Positions 17,367-24,515 of a DNA stretch of 25,540 nt are shown in pieces (the stretch's first letter is position 1; every line of letters starts with the position of its first letter). This stretch comes from a virus. Lineage: Duplodnaviria > Caudoviricetes. The stretch covers positions 1 through 25,540 of IMG/VR virus record IMGVR_UViG_3300049926_000021; one strand, given 5' to 3'. The notes beneath the pieces were generated by a model that was given only the letters and a program-made list of their open reading frames with translations, was not told the DNA's origin and searched no databases. A program made the position numbers and the translations under genes.

Positions 17367-17744
17367 TCAGCCTGTCCTTTGAAGAAACAGCGGCGGATCG
17401 TCGTCGACAAGCTGGTCCAGCAACGTCATGTATTTTTCGAAGTTGTCCGGCACGAAACCAATGTCGAACATGAATTTTTCTTCGTCGAGCTGGAAGCGGT
17501 AGTCATCCTCTATCGCTTCGAGAAGGCGCTGTTTGGATTCGCCCGGCGCGTAAGCCAACATCACTGAGGGCTCACTCTCTCCCGAGGGTAGAGAAGGATC
17601 AACAACGCCGGGCGAAACTGGAATTTCTACGCTGCCCGCCGCTGGATGCTCGGTGCCGGAGACCGCGGCGGGCAGCGCTTCAGCCGGCGGGGCATCATGG
17701 GGAACACCGGCAGAACAGAAGGGTGATGGGAGCATGGTGGTCAT
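17367..17744 (-). CDS. Hypothetical protein; only the acidic C-terminal half (from ~17561) may be coding
   Basis: The 5' half is Pro/Ser-rich and coincides with long inverted repeats. The 3' half looks protein-like, and the stop abuts the gcrA ATG. Confidence 0.45.
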   Translation of the reverse strand: MTTMLPSPFCSAGVPHDAPPAEALPAAVSGTEHPAAGSVEIPVSPGVVDPSLPSGESEPSVMLAYAPGESKQRLLEAIEDDYRFQLDEEKFMFDIGFVPDNFEKYMTLLDQLVDDDPPLFLQRTG

Positions 17745-17747
17745 TTG

Positions 17748-18104
17748 CTAATCCTCTCCCACGCGAGTTGGATCTTGAGGCAAATCTTCCGCCAGAAAGC
17801 CTTCAGTAACCGCATCGATTTCTCCCTTGATGAGCATCAACCTCAACTCATCATTCCGATTTTCTTGCTCGACGCGACTACAGAGGTTTTCGTAGCTGGC
17901 CCTGATATTCTGGAAGAGCGTTATTCGAGGTTCTTTGACCTCTTCCGACTTGGCTAGAAACTTACGGACCCATGAAGACGACGCGCCCACACTCTGCGCG
18001 ACAATTTCATATGCGAGTGTCCTCGATCCTGTCCGTCTCGCTTCACGTTCAACCAGGGCGCCAAGGGCGCTGCGAGTGATGGACGTTAACGCGGCGGCAC
18101 TCAT
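17748..18104 (-). CDS. HTH protein in cII position (cII-like)
   Basis: 118 aa from MSAAAL (AGGAG RBS). AYEIVAQSVGASSSWVRKFL helix-turn-helix plus a helical C-terminus. Alternative start at 18155. Confidence 0.55.
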   Translation of the reverse strand: MSAAALTSITRSALGALVEREARRTGSRTLAYEIVAQSVGASSSWVRKFLAKSEEVKEPRITLFQNIRASYENLCSRVEQENRNDELRLMLIKGEIDAVTEGFLAEDLPQDPTRVGED

Positions 18105-18296
18105 TGAATTTCTCCTGACAAACTTTGACAGTACTTTCACAGCGGGTTCCCTCATGTTTGAAGCATGAAGGGAGATGAGGAAGACGAATTACTGACTTTC
18201 ATTTCACTCGCTGCGCTAACAGCGAACGTGGTTAGGTACTTAGAACTCGACAAACAGAAGGAAGCAGAAGAGATCAGCGCGCGTACCTGCGCTGAA

Positions 18297-18341
18297 ACTG
18301 GCCGGCGACATGCTCAGCCCCCGAGATGATCGCCGGCCAGT
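18297..18341. repeat. Long hairpin (12-bp perfect inverted repeat)
   Basis: ACTGGCCGGCGA (18297-18308) and TCGCCGGCCAGT (18330-18341), with further CAT/ATG and CTC/GAG pairing inside. Confidence 0.7.
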
Positions 18342-18421
18342 CATGACTTGATCTCGATCATCCCGAGGACGGCGAGTTCATTGATGATCAGCCAGCACAT
18401 GAAGAATTCGTAGAACGTCAT
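18341..18421 (-). CDS. Putative 26-aa hydrophobic peptide
   Basis: MTFYEFFMCWLIINELAVLGMIEIKS with a GGGAG RBS. Confidence 0.45.
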   Translation of the reverse strand: MTFYEFFMCWLIINELAVLGMIEIKS

Positions 18422-18585
18422 GCGACTACTCCCATGCTATTCCCGGTTGCATGCACAAATCGGGATAAAAAGGCACACATGGCTGGAATGTGTTCGCGCG
18501 GTGTCGAATTTAATGTTCGGCACCCGACAGATGTGCCTATCATTCTGCACGCCTCAAGCGGGAGGCGGTTGGGGATGTTGCGGCA

Positions 18586-18834
18586 ATGAGTATTCACAGT
18601 TCCCCGTCGAAAACGACGGACACGTTCTACGTCACCGACACCACACAGGAAGACCTCGGGAACGGAAACGTTCTCATAAGAAACTACCGCCGGAGAAACG
18701 GCGTCCTCATCCCGGAATTCAACTGCATCATGGCCTCGCCCAACCTTCTGCGCGTCAGCACGAAGTTCACGACCTTCGTGCAAACACTGGTCAGCCGAGA
18801 GCAGTTGCGAGATGCCGGGGTGAAGGTTCACTGA
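18586..18834 (+). CDS. Hypothetical 82-aa protein convergent with cro
   Basis: Codon choice resembles the real genes (GC-ending). GGGAGG/GGGGA lie upstream. The 3' end overlaps the cro stop by 7 nt. Confidence 0.55.
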   Translation: MSIHSSPSKTTDTFYVTDTTQEDLGNGNVLIRNYRRRNGVLIPEFNCIMASPNLLRVSTKFTTFVQTLVSREQLRDAGVKVH

Positions 18835-19040
18835 GCCTCCCCCATCTTCACATGATCAACCAGTACCGAGGGCGCGATTTTCGTTGCGTCCTCGATCAAC
18901 TGCCAATGCTTCTTGTGCGGGAAGTGATCGCCTCGCTCCCAGCGCGAAAGCGTCATGGTCGAAACGCCGATCAGCTTCGCTGCATGTTTCTGCGAAAGCT
19001 TGTGATTTGCGCGCCAGACTTTGAGCGGATTTTGCTTCAT
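18828..19040 (-). CDS. cro: Cro-like XRE HTH regulator
   Basis: 70 aa from the ATG at 19040: LSQKHAAKLIGVSTMTLSRWERG. Divergent from the repressor gene. Confidence 0.85.
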   Translation of the reverse strand: MKQNPLKVWRANHKLSQKHAAKLIGVSTMTLSRWERGDHFPHKKHWQLIEDATKIAPSVLVDHVKMGEAQ

Positions 19041-19046
19041 GTCGCT

Positions 19047-19122
19047 ATCTAGCCATAAAACGTTAGTGGCTGTCAACCCCTAATAACGGTTTCTGATAAG
19101 TGACGTAAACATAAAGGGTTAG
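19047..19122 (-). promoter_or_regulatory. PR promoter and OR operators
   Basis: Minus strand TTGACA (19076-19071)-N17-GCTAGAT, about 7 nt before the cro ATG (probably leaderless). Operator copies: CTAACGTTTTATG (19066-19054), ATAACGGTTTCTG (19083-19095, +) and CTAACCCTTTATG (19122-19110). Confidence 0.75.
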
Positions 19123-19123
19123 T

Positions 19124-19450
19124 ATGGTCCATCCTATGCCTGTGAGGATTGGACCTAAGCGCCAGCGCCAAGTTTACCTGGCTGAATGGCGACTCCACCT
19201 AGGGCTTACTCAAGAGCAGCTCGCCCAGCGCATCGGGAAGACCGCCATGACCGTTTCCAGGTGGGAACGGGGCGAAACCCAGATGAACAAGGCTACCATG
19301 GACGCCGTGGCTGAGGCCATGAAAAGCGACATGGAGGGCGAAGACCTCTACTACCACCCTGACCGCCCGAGCCCGAATATGCTGCTCCGGGGTCAGCCGC
19401 CTGAGATCATCGATCAGGCCATCAAGCTCATCAAAGCCATACGCCGCTGA
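19124..19450 (+). CDS. cI: CI-like immunity repressor (XRE HTH, no S24 peptidase domain)
   Basis: 108 aa: LTQEQLAQRIGKTAMTVSRWERG. Flanked by operators on both sides. The recognition helix is nearly identical to that of Cro. Confidence 0.8.
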   Translation: MVHPMPVRIGPKRQRQVYLAEWRLHLGLTQEQLAQRIGKTAMTVSRWERGETQMNKATMDAVAEAMKSDMEGEDLYYHPDRPSPNMLLRGQPPEIIDQAIKLIKAIRR

Positions 19451-19493
19451 TTCTCCCGTAGTAAGGCCTTGAAGATATTCTGATTTTCAGAAA

Positions 19494-19546
19494 CTAACAT
19501 TTTTTGTCTAATTCCACTTGACCGATCTAACGTTTTATGGCTACAT
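19494..19546 (+). promoter_or_regulatory. PL promoter and OL operators
   Basis: TTGACC (19518-19523)-N16-GCTACAT. CTAACGTTTTATGGCTA (19527-19543) is identical over 17 bp to the PR copy. A second copy CTAACATTTTTTG lies at 19494-19506. Confidence 0.78.
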
Positions 19547-19573
19547 GCTCCCATCAGATCGGGAGCAAATCAG

Positions 19574-19813
19574 ATGACCAGCCATAAGCTACTTCACGCA
19601 ATCGGCCCTTCGGATCTTACCGGCTACTTCGAATTTCTCGATGAGCTTCGCGAAAGCGGCAAGACGAACATGTTCGGCGCTGCTCGGTTCCTGGCCGACC
19701 ACTTCACGGGCATGTCCCTCGTTGAGGCGAGAACGGTCCTCGTTGCTTGGCAAGACACCTTCTCCACAACGCTGCCGGCCGAAGATCGCGCCGACGCCGC
19801 CCTCACCGCCTAG
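19574..19813 (+). CDS. Hypothetical 79-aa protein, first gene of the PL operon
   Basis: GGGAG RBS. The FLDELRESGKTNMFGAA motif looks like a conserved small phage protein. Confidence 0.75.
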   Translation: MTSHKLLHAIGPSDLTGYFEFLDELRESGKTNMFGAARFLADHFTGMSLVEARTVLVAWQDTFSTTLPAEDRADAALTA

Positions 19814-19822
19814 CCCAAGGGA

Positions 19823-19918
19823 ATGATCATGACCAACGCTCAGTTCTACGGCTTCACCACCCTGATCTCGCTTCTCGCAGCGCCAGAGATCGCGTTCCTC
19901 AGCTTCTTGGTGTGGTGA
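19823..19918 (+). CDS. Putative 29-31 aa hydrophobic peptide
   Basis: (MI)MTNAQFYGFTTLISLLAAPEIAFLSFLVW. AAGGGA RBS; fills the intergenic gap. Confidence 0.5.
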   Translation: MIMTNAQFYGFTTLISLLAAPEIAFLSFLVW

Positions 19919-19919
19919 C

Positions 19920-20252
19920 ATGACCGACACCGAATTCATGGGGAAGTGGTTCGCTGAAGTCACCCAGCCTCAGCACGTTCATTACAACCAGCGCATGGCC
20001 GATGCGGCGCCTTACCGGAACTCGCCGCGTTGGGCTCGGGCTCGGTCATTCGCTCAGCGCGAGTTTCACGAAGCGACCGCCGACGCCCGCAAGGTCTATG
20101 AGCAGGCGATGGATGAACTCGAAGCGCTCGGCGAGATATCAGAAGAGACAGACTTCGCCCTGACGCAGTTCAAGGTCGCACAGACGTTCGCGGCGCCGGC
20201 TCTTTCTCCCGACCTCATGGTCATCAAGTCCTGTTTGGAGCGTACACTATGA
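19920..20252 (+). CDS. Hypothetical 110-aa protein
   Basis: Open frame in the operon, ATGA-coupled to erf. Confidence 0.7.
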   Translation: MTDTEFMGKWFAEVTQPQHVHYNQRMADAAPYRNSPRWARARSFAQREFHEATADARKVYEQAMDELEALGEISEETDFALTQFKVAQTFAAPALSPDLMVIKSCLERTL

Positions 20253-20998
20253 ATTCTCTAGAGAAGGTTTCCATCATCCCGCAGGACGAGCCGCGTGCGG
20301 TCCAGCCGGTCACACCGATGGACATGCTCAACCGCGCTGTGCAGTCCGGCGCTGACATCGACATGATCGAAAAGCTGATGAGCCTGCAGGAGCGGTGGGA
20401 GGCCAACCAATCGCGCAAGCTGTTTGATGAGGCGCTGGCAAATGCTCAGGGAGAGATGCCGAAATTGGCCAAAAACCGCTTGGTCAATTACCCCAGCGCG
20501 AAGTCTCCCACGGGGTACGTTACCTATCGCCATGAGGATTTGGCGGAGGTCATCGAAACCGTAAAGCCCATCCTGAAAAAGTTCGGCCTCGCCCATCGGT
20601 TTCGTACCACACAGGATGGCGACAAGATCACGGTGACTTGCGTCATCACCGGCCACGGCCACCGCGAAGAGAACTCGCTGAGTGCCGGCCGGGACACGTC
20701 AGGCGGGAAGAATAATCATCAAGAGATTGCGTCTGCCGTAACTTATCTGGAGCGGTACACCTTGAAGGCGGCCCTCGGCCTCGCTGCGGCTCATGATGAC
20801 GATGCTGCAAAGGCTGGGGATGATGGCGAAATCATCAGCGATGACCAGGCCGAAGAGTTGGTTGCCCTAGCTGATGAGGTTGGCGCCGACAAGCGAGCCT
20901 TCTGCAACTACTTCAAGGTTGATGGCATCGCAATGCTGGCGGCAAAGGATTTCGAGCGCGCGAAGTCTGCCTTGAACAAGAAGAGGACCGCGAAATGA
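20249..20998 (+). CDS. erf: ERF-family single-strand annealing protein
   Basis: 249 aa. The Y.HEDL..VIE.VKPIL.KFGL and IASAVTYLERYTLKAALGLAA.DDD motifs are the ERF signature. Confidence 0.88.
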   Translation: MNSLEKVSIIPQDEPRAVQPVTPMDMLNRAVQSGADIDMIEKLMSLQERWEANQSRKLFDEALANAQGEMPKLAKNRLVNYPSAKSPTGYVTYRHEDLAEVIETVKPILKKFGLAHRFRTTQDGDKITVTCVITGHGHREENSLSAGRDTSGGKNNHQEIASAVTYLERYTLKAALGLAAAHDDDAAKAGDDGEIISDDQAEELVALADEVGADKRAFCNYFKVDGIAMLAAKDFERAKSALNKKRTAK

Positions 20999-21633
20999 CC
21001 GAAGAAATCATTCAGGGCTCGGATGCTTGGAAGCAATTGCGGCTCGGCAAGGTGACCGCCTCCCGCGTCGCTGACGTGGTTGCGCGCACCAAGACCGGCT
21101 ACGGCGCCAGCCGCGCTAACTACATGGCGCAGCTCATCGCTGAGCGCCTGACAAACACGGTTGCCGAAGCCTACACCAACGCTGCCATGCAGCACGGGAC
21201 AGAGACGGAGCCCGAGGCACGCGCGGCCTATGAGTTCTATCAGGGTGTCGCAGTAAAGGAGGTGGCGTTCGTTCCGCACCCGAAGATCGACCAAGCCGGT
21301 TGCTCCCCCGACGGCTTGGTTGGTGATGACGGCCTGGTCGAGATCAAGGCGCCCCAGACAGCGACACATCTGGACACGCTTCTCGGTCAGGCCGTCCCGC
21401 TGAAATACGAAGCGCAGATGCAGTTTCAGATGGCCTGCACAGGTCGGAAGTGGTGCGATTTTGTTTCCTATGATCCGCGGATGCCAGAGAACATGCGCCT
21501 GTTCATCAAGCGCCTGCCCCGTGACGACAAGCGGATTGCCGAACTAGAGGCCGAGATCGCCGCGTTCCTTCTGGAAATGGCCGTGAAGCTCTCCGAACTG
21601 AACAGCCTGTATGGCGAGAAGGAAGCCGCCTGA
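20995..21633 (+). CDS. YqaJ/lambda-exonuclease-family recombination nuclease
   Basis: 212 aa. QGS..W...RLGKVTAS, M..GT..EP.AR, CSPDGLV...VEIK and Q.Q.QM...WCDFVSYDPR motifs. Confidence 0.92.
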   Translation: MTEEIIQGSDAWKQLRLGKVTASRVADVVARTKTGYGASRANYMAQLIAERLTNTVAEAYTNAAMQHGTETEPEARAAYEFYQGVAVKEVAFVPHPKIDQAGCSPDGLVGDDGLVEIKAPQTATHLDTLLGQAVPLKYEAQMQFQMACTGRKWCDFVSYDPRMPENMRLFIKRLPRDDKRIAELEAEIAAFLLEMAVKLSELNSLYGEKEAA

Positions 21634-22022
21634 TGCCCCGCGCCGTTGTCCAGATCAAAGGAAAGGCCGATCGCAATCTGGTCGCGACATGGGCCGGCAA
21701 TGTCCCGGAGGGGACCACGGTTGAATTTCGCGCTCCGCGGCGCTCGATCGATCAGAACGCGCTGATGTGGTCCCTGCTCGGACAGATCAGCAAGCATGTC
21801 GATTGGTACGGTCAGAAGCTATCCAGCGAAGACTGGAAGGACGTTCTCACAGCCTCCCTGCGCCGCACGCGCGTTGTGCCAGGGATCGACGCCGGTTCGT
21901 TCGTGCCGCTTGGCATGCGAACCTCGCAGATGACGAAGGAAGAGATCAGCGAGCTTCTGGAACTGATCTACGCCTTTGGCGCGCAGCAAGACGTCAAGTT
22001 CCGGGAATTGGAGCTGGTATGA
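21633..22022 (+). CDS. ninB: NinB/Orf-family recombination mediator
   Basis: 129 aa. RRS.DQNA.MW..L..IS..V.WYG..L..EDWK...TA, G.RTS.M...E.SEL.ELI.AFGA motifs. Confidence 0.9.
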   Translation: MPRAVVQIKGKADRNLVATWAGNVPEGTTVEFRAPRRSIDQNALMWSLLGQISKHVDWYGQKLSSEDWKDVLTASLRRTRVVPGIDAGSFVPLGMRTSQMTKEEISELLELIYAFGAQQDVKFRELELV

Positions 22023-22228
22023 CCCAATTTGCGCAGGGATCAACCGTGAAGCTAACCGACCGATACGCAAGGGTGCTCTCCAAGGCGAGGGGCAATCCGC
22101 GCAAATGGGTTGGCCGAAAGGGCATGGTGGTCCACTGCGGCAAAGAAGCAGTCACCGTTCTTTGGGAAGGCCGGAAGTCGATTGATTACGTTCCGATTAA
22201 GGGGGTCGAAGATGCTTCGGCAACGTGA
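22019..22228 (+). CDS. Hypothetical 69-aa protein (SH3/KOW-like beta pattern)
   Basis: Start MTQFAQG, ATGA-coupled to ninB. This is the 3' part of track ORF 21767-22228. Confidence 0.65.
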   Translation: MTQFAQGSTVKLTDRYARVLSKARGNPRKWVGRKGMVVHCGKEAVTVLWEGRKSIDYVPIKGVEDASAT

Positions 22229-22502
22229 ACCGAGACAACGCGACGAGCGCCACCTGGATTACATCCGCTCGCTTCCGTGCTGCATCTGCGGCGGCATCGA
22301 CACGGAAGCCGCGCACATCCGGACGGCATCGCTTGCCCACGGGAAGTCTCACACGGGCATGGCCGAGAAGCCGTCCGACAAATGGGCGCTGCCACTTTGC
22401 AACGCACATCATCGCGAACAACACACGATGGCGGAGCTTAGTTTCTGGAAAAAGTACGGGATAGATCCATTCATGCTCGCGATAACACTGAGGGACCGAT
22501 GA
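22212..22502 (+). CDS. DUF968-like Zn-binding HNH-type protein
   Basis: 96 aa from the ATG at 22212. HL.YIRSLPCCICG...AAH.R...GM..KPSD.WALPLC..HH.EQH motifs. Confidence 0.8.
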   Translation: MLRQREPRQRDERHLDYIRSLPCCICGGIDTEAAHIRTASLAHGKSHTGMAEKPSDKWALPLCNAHHREQHTMAELSFWKKYGIDPFMLAITLRDR

Positions 22503-22615
22503 TCCACATCGCCCGCTATCTCCTGATCGCCATCGGCATCGCACTGATACCGGCATGGAAGCTTTGGATCTTCTGCGGGTGGCTTGCCGACAAAAGAGCG
22601 CAGAGGAGCAGATGA
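22499..22615 (+). CDS. Putative 38-aa membrane peptide
   Basis: MIHIARYLLIAIGIALIPAWKLWIFCGWLADKRAQRSR; ATGA-coupled. Confidence 0.55.
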   Translation: MIHIARYLLIAIGIALIPAWKLWIFCGWLADKRAQRSR

Positions 22616-22764
22616 TGACTAAAGGCATAATCAAACGCGGCTCCGGCAGTGCTTACACCAGGCTCATCCGCAGGCGCCGGGCAAAGCAGATGCGGGCAGA
22701 GGACAGCGTGCCGGTTGAGCCGGTCGTCATCAAGTCACATCTCAGGCGATTGGAGCGCAGGTAG
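22612..22764 (+). CDS. Hypothetical basic 50-aa protein
   Basis: MMTKGIIKRG...; GAGGAG RBS and coupled start. Confidence 0.55.
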   Translation: MMTKGIIKRGSGSAYTRLIRRRRAKQMRAEDSVPVEPVVIKSHLRRLERR

Positions 22765-22863
22765 ATGGCAGACTTCGTTGCCTCCTGCATCGCCTACGGA
22801 TTGTTCGCTGGGTTCTGCGCGTCGTTCGCGCCCCTAGCATGGGAGATCATGAAATGCCTGTGA
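22765..22863 (+). CDS. Putative 32-aa hydrophobic peptide
   Basis: MADFVASCIAYGLFAGFCASFAPLAWEIMKCL. The ATG directly follows the previous stop. Confidence 0.5.
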   Translation: MADFVASCIAYGLFAGFCASFAPLAWEIMKCL

Positions 22864-22982
22864 AGTGGATTCACCCATACTGGATCATCGCCGCGATCGC
22901 CATCGGCATCCCGACCGTTTGGTTCTTCGTCTCGGTCGTCGCACCGATCATCTGCTTTCTCAAGCCAGGGGGCGCGCTGTGA
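22854..22982 (+). CDS. Putative 42-aa single-TM peptide
   Basis: MPVKWIHPYWIIAAIAIGIPTVWFFVSVVAPIICFLKPGGAL. GGGAG RBS; GTGA overlap with the next gene. Confidence 0.55.
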   Translation: MPVKWIHPYWIIAAIAIGIPTVWFFVSVVAPIICFLKPGGAL

Positions 22983-23428
22983 CCGATTTGCCCCAGAGCA
23001 GTTCTCCCGTATCCGCAACTGACATCGTTGTACGGCTGCGCAGATCCACTGATCCGTTTTGGCATCACGAGCGGCCCGAATTGGTTGGGGAGGCGGCCGA
23101 CGAAATCGAAAAGCTGCGCCGCGACAAGAAGATGGTCGAAGCACAGGCGACATCCTACGCACACGAACTGGCTGCCGGACTTGCCCAAACTCCGGACTAC
23201 ATCCGGAAGCTTGAGCAAGATGTCGCAAAACTGCGGGCATTTGCGGAAAGCTTCCACGTCACAGTCGTAGACAATTTCTACAAGGACGTGACGCTTGTTC
23301 TTGAACAACCGCACACTTTGGCGATCCGGCTTCAGAATGACAGCACGAAGTCATGGATTTTCGCTGACTTAGAAGAGCGCCGCAGAGCCGCACTTTCGGA
23401 TACATCGACACTAGGAAACAGCAAATGA
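22979..23428 (+). CDS. Hypothetical 149-aa coiled-coil protein (DIVVRLR...EAADEIEKLR motif)
   Basis: GTG start coupled to the upstream stop; ends GNSK. Confidence 0.65.
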   Translation: MTDLPQSSSPVSATDIVVRLRRSTDPFWHHERPELVGEAADEIEKLRRDKKMVEAQATSYAHELAAGLAQTPDYIRKLEQDVAKLRAFAESFHVTVVDNFYKDVTLVLEQPHTLAIRLQNDSTKSWIFADLEERRRAALSDTSTLGNSK

Positions 23429-23429
23429 C
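23414..23429 (+). repeat. Gene-junction direct repeat A, copy 1
   Basis: GGAAACAGCAAATGAC, identical to 23910-23925. Confidence 0.8.
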
Positions 23430-23580
23430 AGCCGCGCTCATACTTTTGGCTGCGCTCGGAGCGGCGACCGTGCAAATCAACTTCAACGAAATAATCCGAG
23501 ATCCTTCCACGAAGGGCTGGGGCGTGGGCATCGGCGCCCTGATGTTTCTTGGGTTCGGCTACTGGGCGATCGTGTCATGA
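23425..23580 (+). CDS. Putative 51-aa membrane protein
   Basis: MTAALILLAALGAATVQINFNEIIRDPSTKGWGVGIGALMFLGFGYWAIVS. ATGA-coupled at both ends. Confidence 0.6.
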   Translation: MTAALILLAALGAATVQINFNEIIRDPSTKGWGVGIGALMFLGFGYWAIVS

Positions 23581-23924
23581 GCGACCTGATCTACAGGCTC
23601 AGATATCCTGCGATGTCTTGGACGCAGGATGGCGGCTCGCAACTCGATAAGGAAGAGACGCTCCGCGATATGGTTGAGGCAGCCGACGAGATCGAGCGGC
23701 TGCGTGCCGCACAACCGCAGAGTCCGTGGATACCAATAGAAACGGCACCCTTCGTTTCGGCAAAGCGATATCTAATCGTTAATGGGTCAGAGATCCCATT
23801 AATTGGATTTCGCTATTACGAACACGGCCCCTGGTATGACGAGCATGGGCATGAAGTGAACCCGCTCGCATGGCAGGAACTACCATCATACTCGGTGTCG
23901 CGCCCTGATGGAAACAGCAAATGA
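23577..23924 (+). CDS. 115-aa protein: EAADEIERLR module fused to DUF551-like domain
   Basis: The WIPIETAP...W......P.AWQELP pattern is typical of DUF551. Ends GNSK. Confidence 0.7.
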   Translation: MSDLIYRLRYPAMSWTQDGGSQLDKEETLRDMVEAADEIERLRAAQPQSPWIPIETAPFVSAKRYLIVNGSEIPLIGFRYYEHGPWYDEHGHEVNPLAWQELPSYSVSRPDGNSK

Positions 23925-23925
23925 C
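23910..23925 (+). repeat. Gene-junction direct repeat A, copy 2
   Basis: GGAAACAGCAAATGAC. Confidence 0.8.
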
Positions 23926-24250
23926 TGAAATCGAACTGGTCGCAATAGCCATCTGTAAATCGCGCACTTGCGAGGGCATCAATTGCTGCCAATGGCCAGC
24001 AAACGGCGGGCGCCTGAATTGCTCAGTAAAGGGTGGCGGGTACGACGACGCAGCAAAAGAGGCCATCCAGGCCTTGGATAGCTTCCGAGCCGCAGAGAAG
24101 CGCCGCAACTGCAAACATCACTCGCGCATCGGCACCGGCTGCCTCGGGAGTGATGGTTCTGGATGGAGCACATGGTTCTGCCAGGAGTGCGGCACCTCGT
24201 ATGACAGCCGCTCGGTTTCGGACACTTCGCAACTCCGGCAGGGAGAATAA
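23921..24250 (+). CDS. Cys-rich hypothetical 109-aa protein
   Basis: Nine Cys, including CKH...CQECG; ATGA-coupled. Confidence 0.7.
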   Translation: MTEIELVAIAICKSRTCEGINCCQWPANGGRLNCSVKGGGYDDAAKEAIQALDSFRAAEKRRNCKHHSRIGTGCLGSDGSGWSTWFCQECGTSYDSRSVSDTSQLRQGE

Positions 24251-24251
24251 A

Positions 24252-24515
24252 ATGAAACACGCTCGCGACGACTACAACCGCATTCAAGATCCCGCTGGGA
24301 TTATCCCGGCCGACGAGCCCGTTTTCCTTTTGCGGGGGCAAGACAAGTTTGCGGCGGAGACGCTGCGATATTATGCACATCTAGTTAAGCACCAACGCAG
24401 CCCCGACATGAAGATTGTTTTTGCAACGCTTAAGCAAGCGGATGCCATGGACGCTTGGCCGACACACAAGGCACCGGACTTGCCGTCACCCCAGGACCCT
24501 GAAAGAGCAAAATGA
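24252..24515 (+). CDS. Hypothetical 87-aa phage protein ([11 protein letters not shown] motif)
   Basis: Start MKHARDDY with a GGGAG RBS. Confidence 0.75.
   Translation: MKHARDDYNRIQDPAGIIPADEPVFLLRGQDKFAAETLRYYAHLVKHQRSPDMKIVFATLKQADAMDAWPTHKAPDLPSPQDPERAK

Noticed and set aside
18486-18518. Possible alphaproteobacterial LexA box (two GTTC)
   Set aside because: The spacing does not fit GTTC-N7-GTTC.
19050-19543. Operators as CtrA boxes
   Set aside because: There is no TTAA-N7-TTAA match. The sites are better explained as CI/Cro operators.
19546-19567. TGCTCCC/GGGAGCA hairpin occluding the RBS of the first PL gene
   Set aside because: The predicted PL start falls inside the 5' arm, so the hairpin would form only in read-through RNA from cI. 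It is not supportable as a separate feature.
23779-23802. TTAATGGG/CCCATTAA inverted repeat
   Set aside because: It is a single 8-bp repeat inside a CDS without a U-tract and is likely chance.
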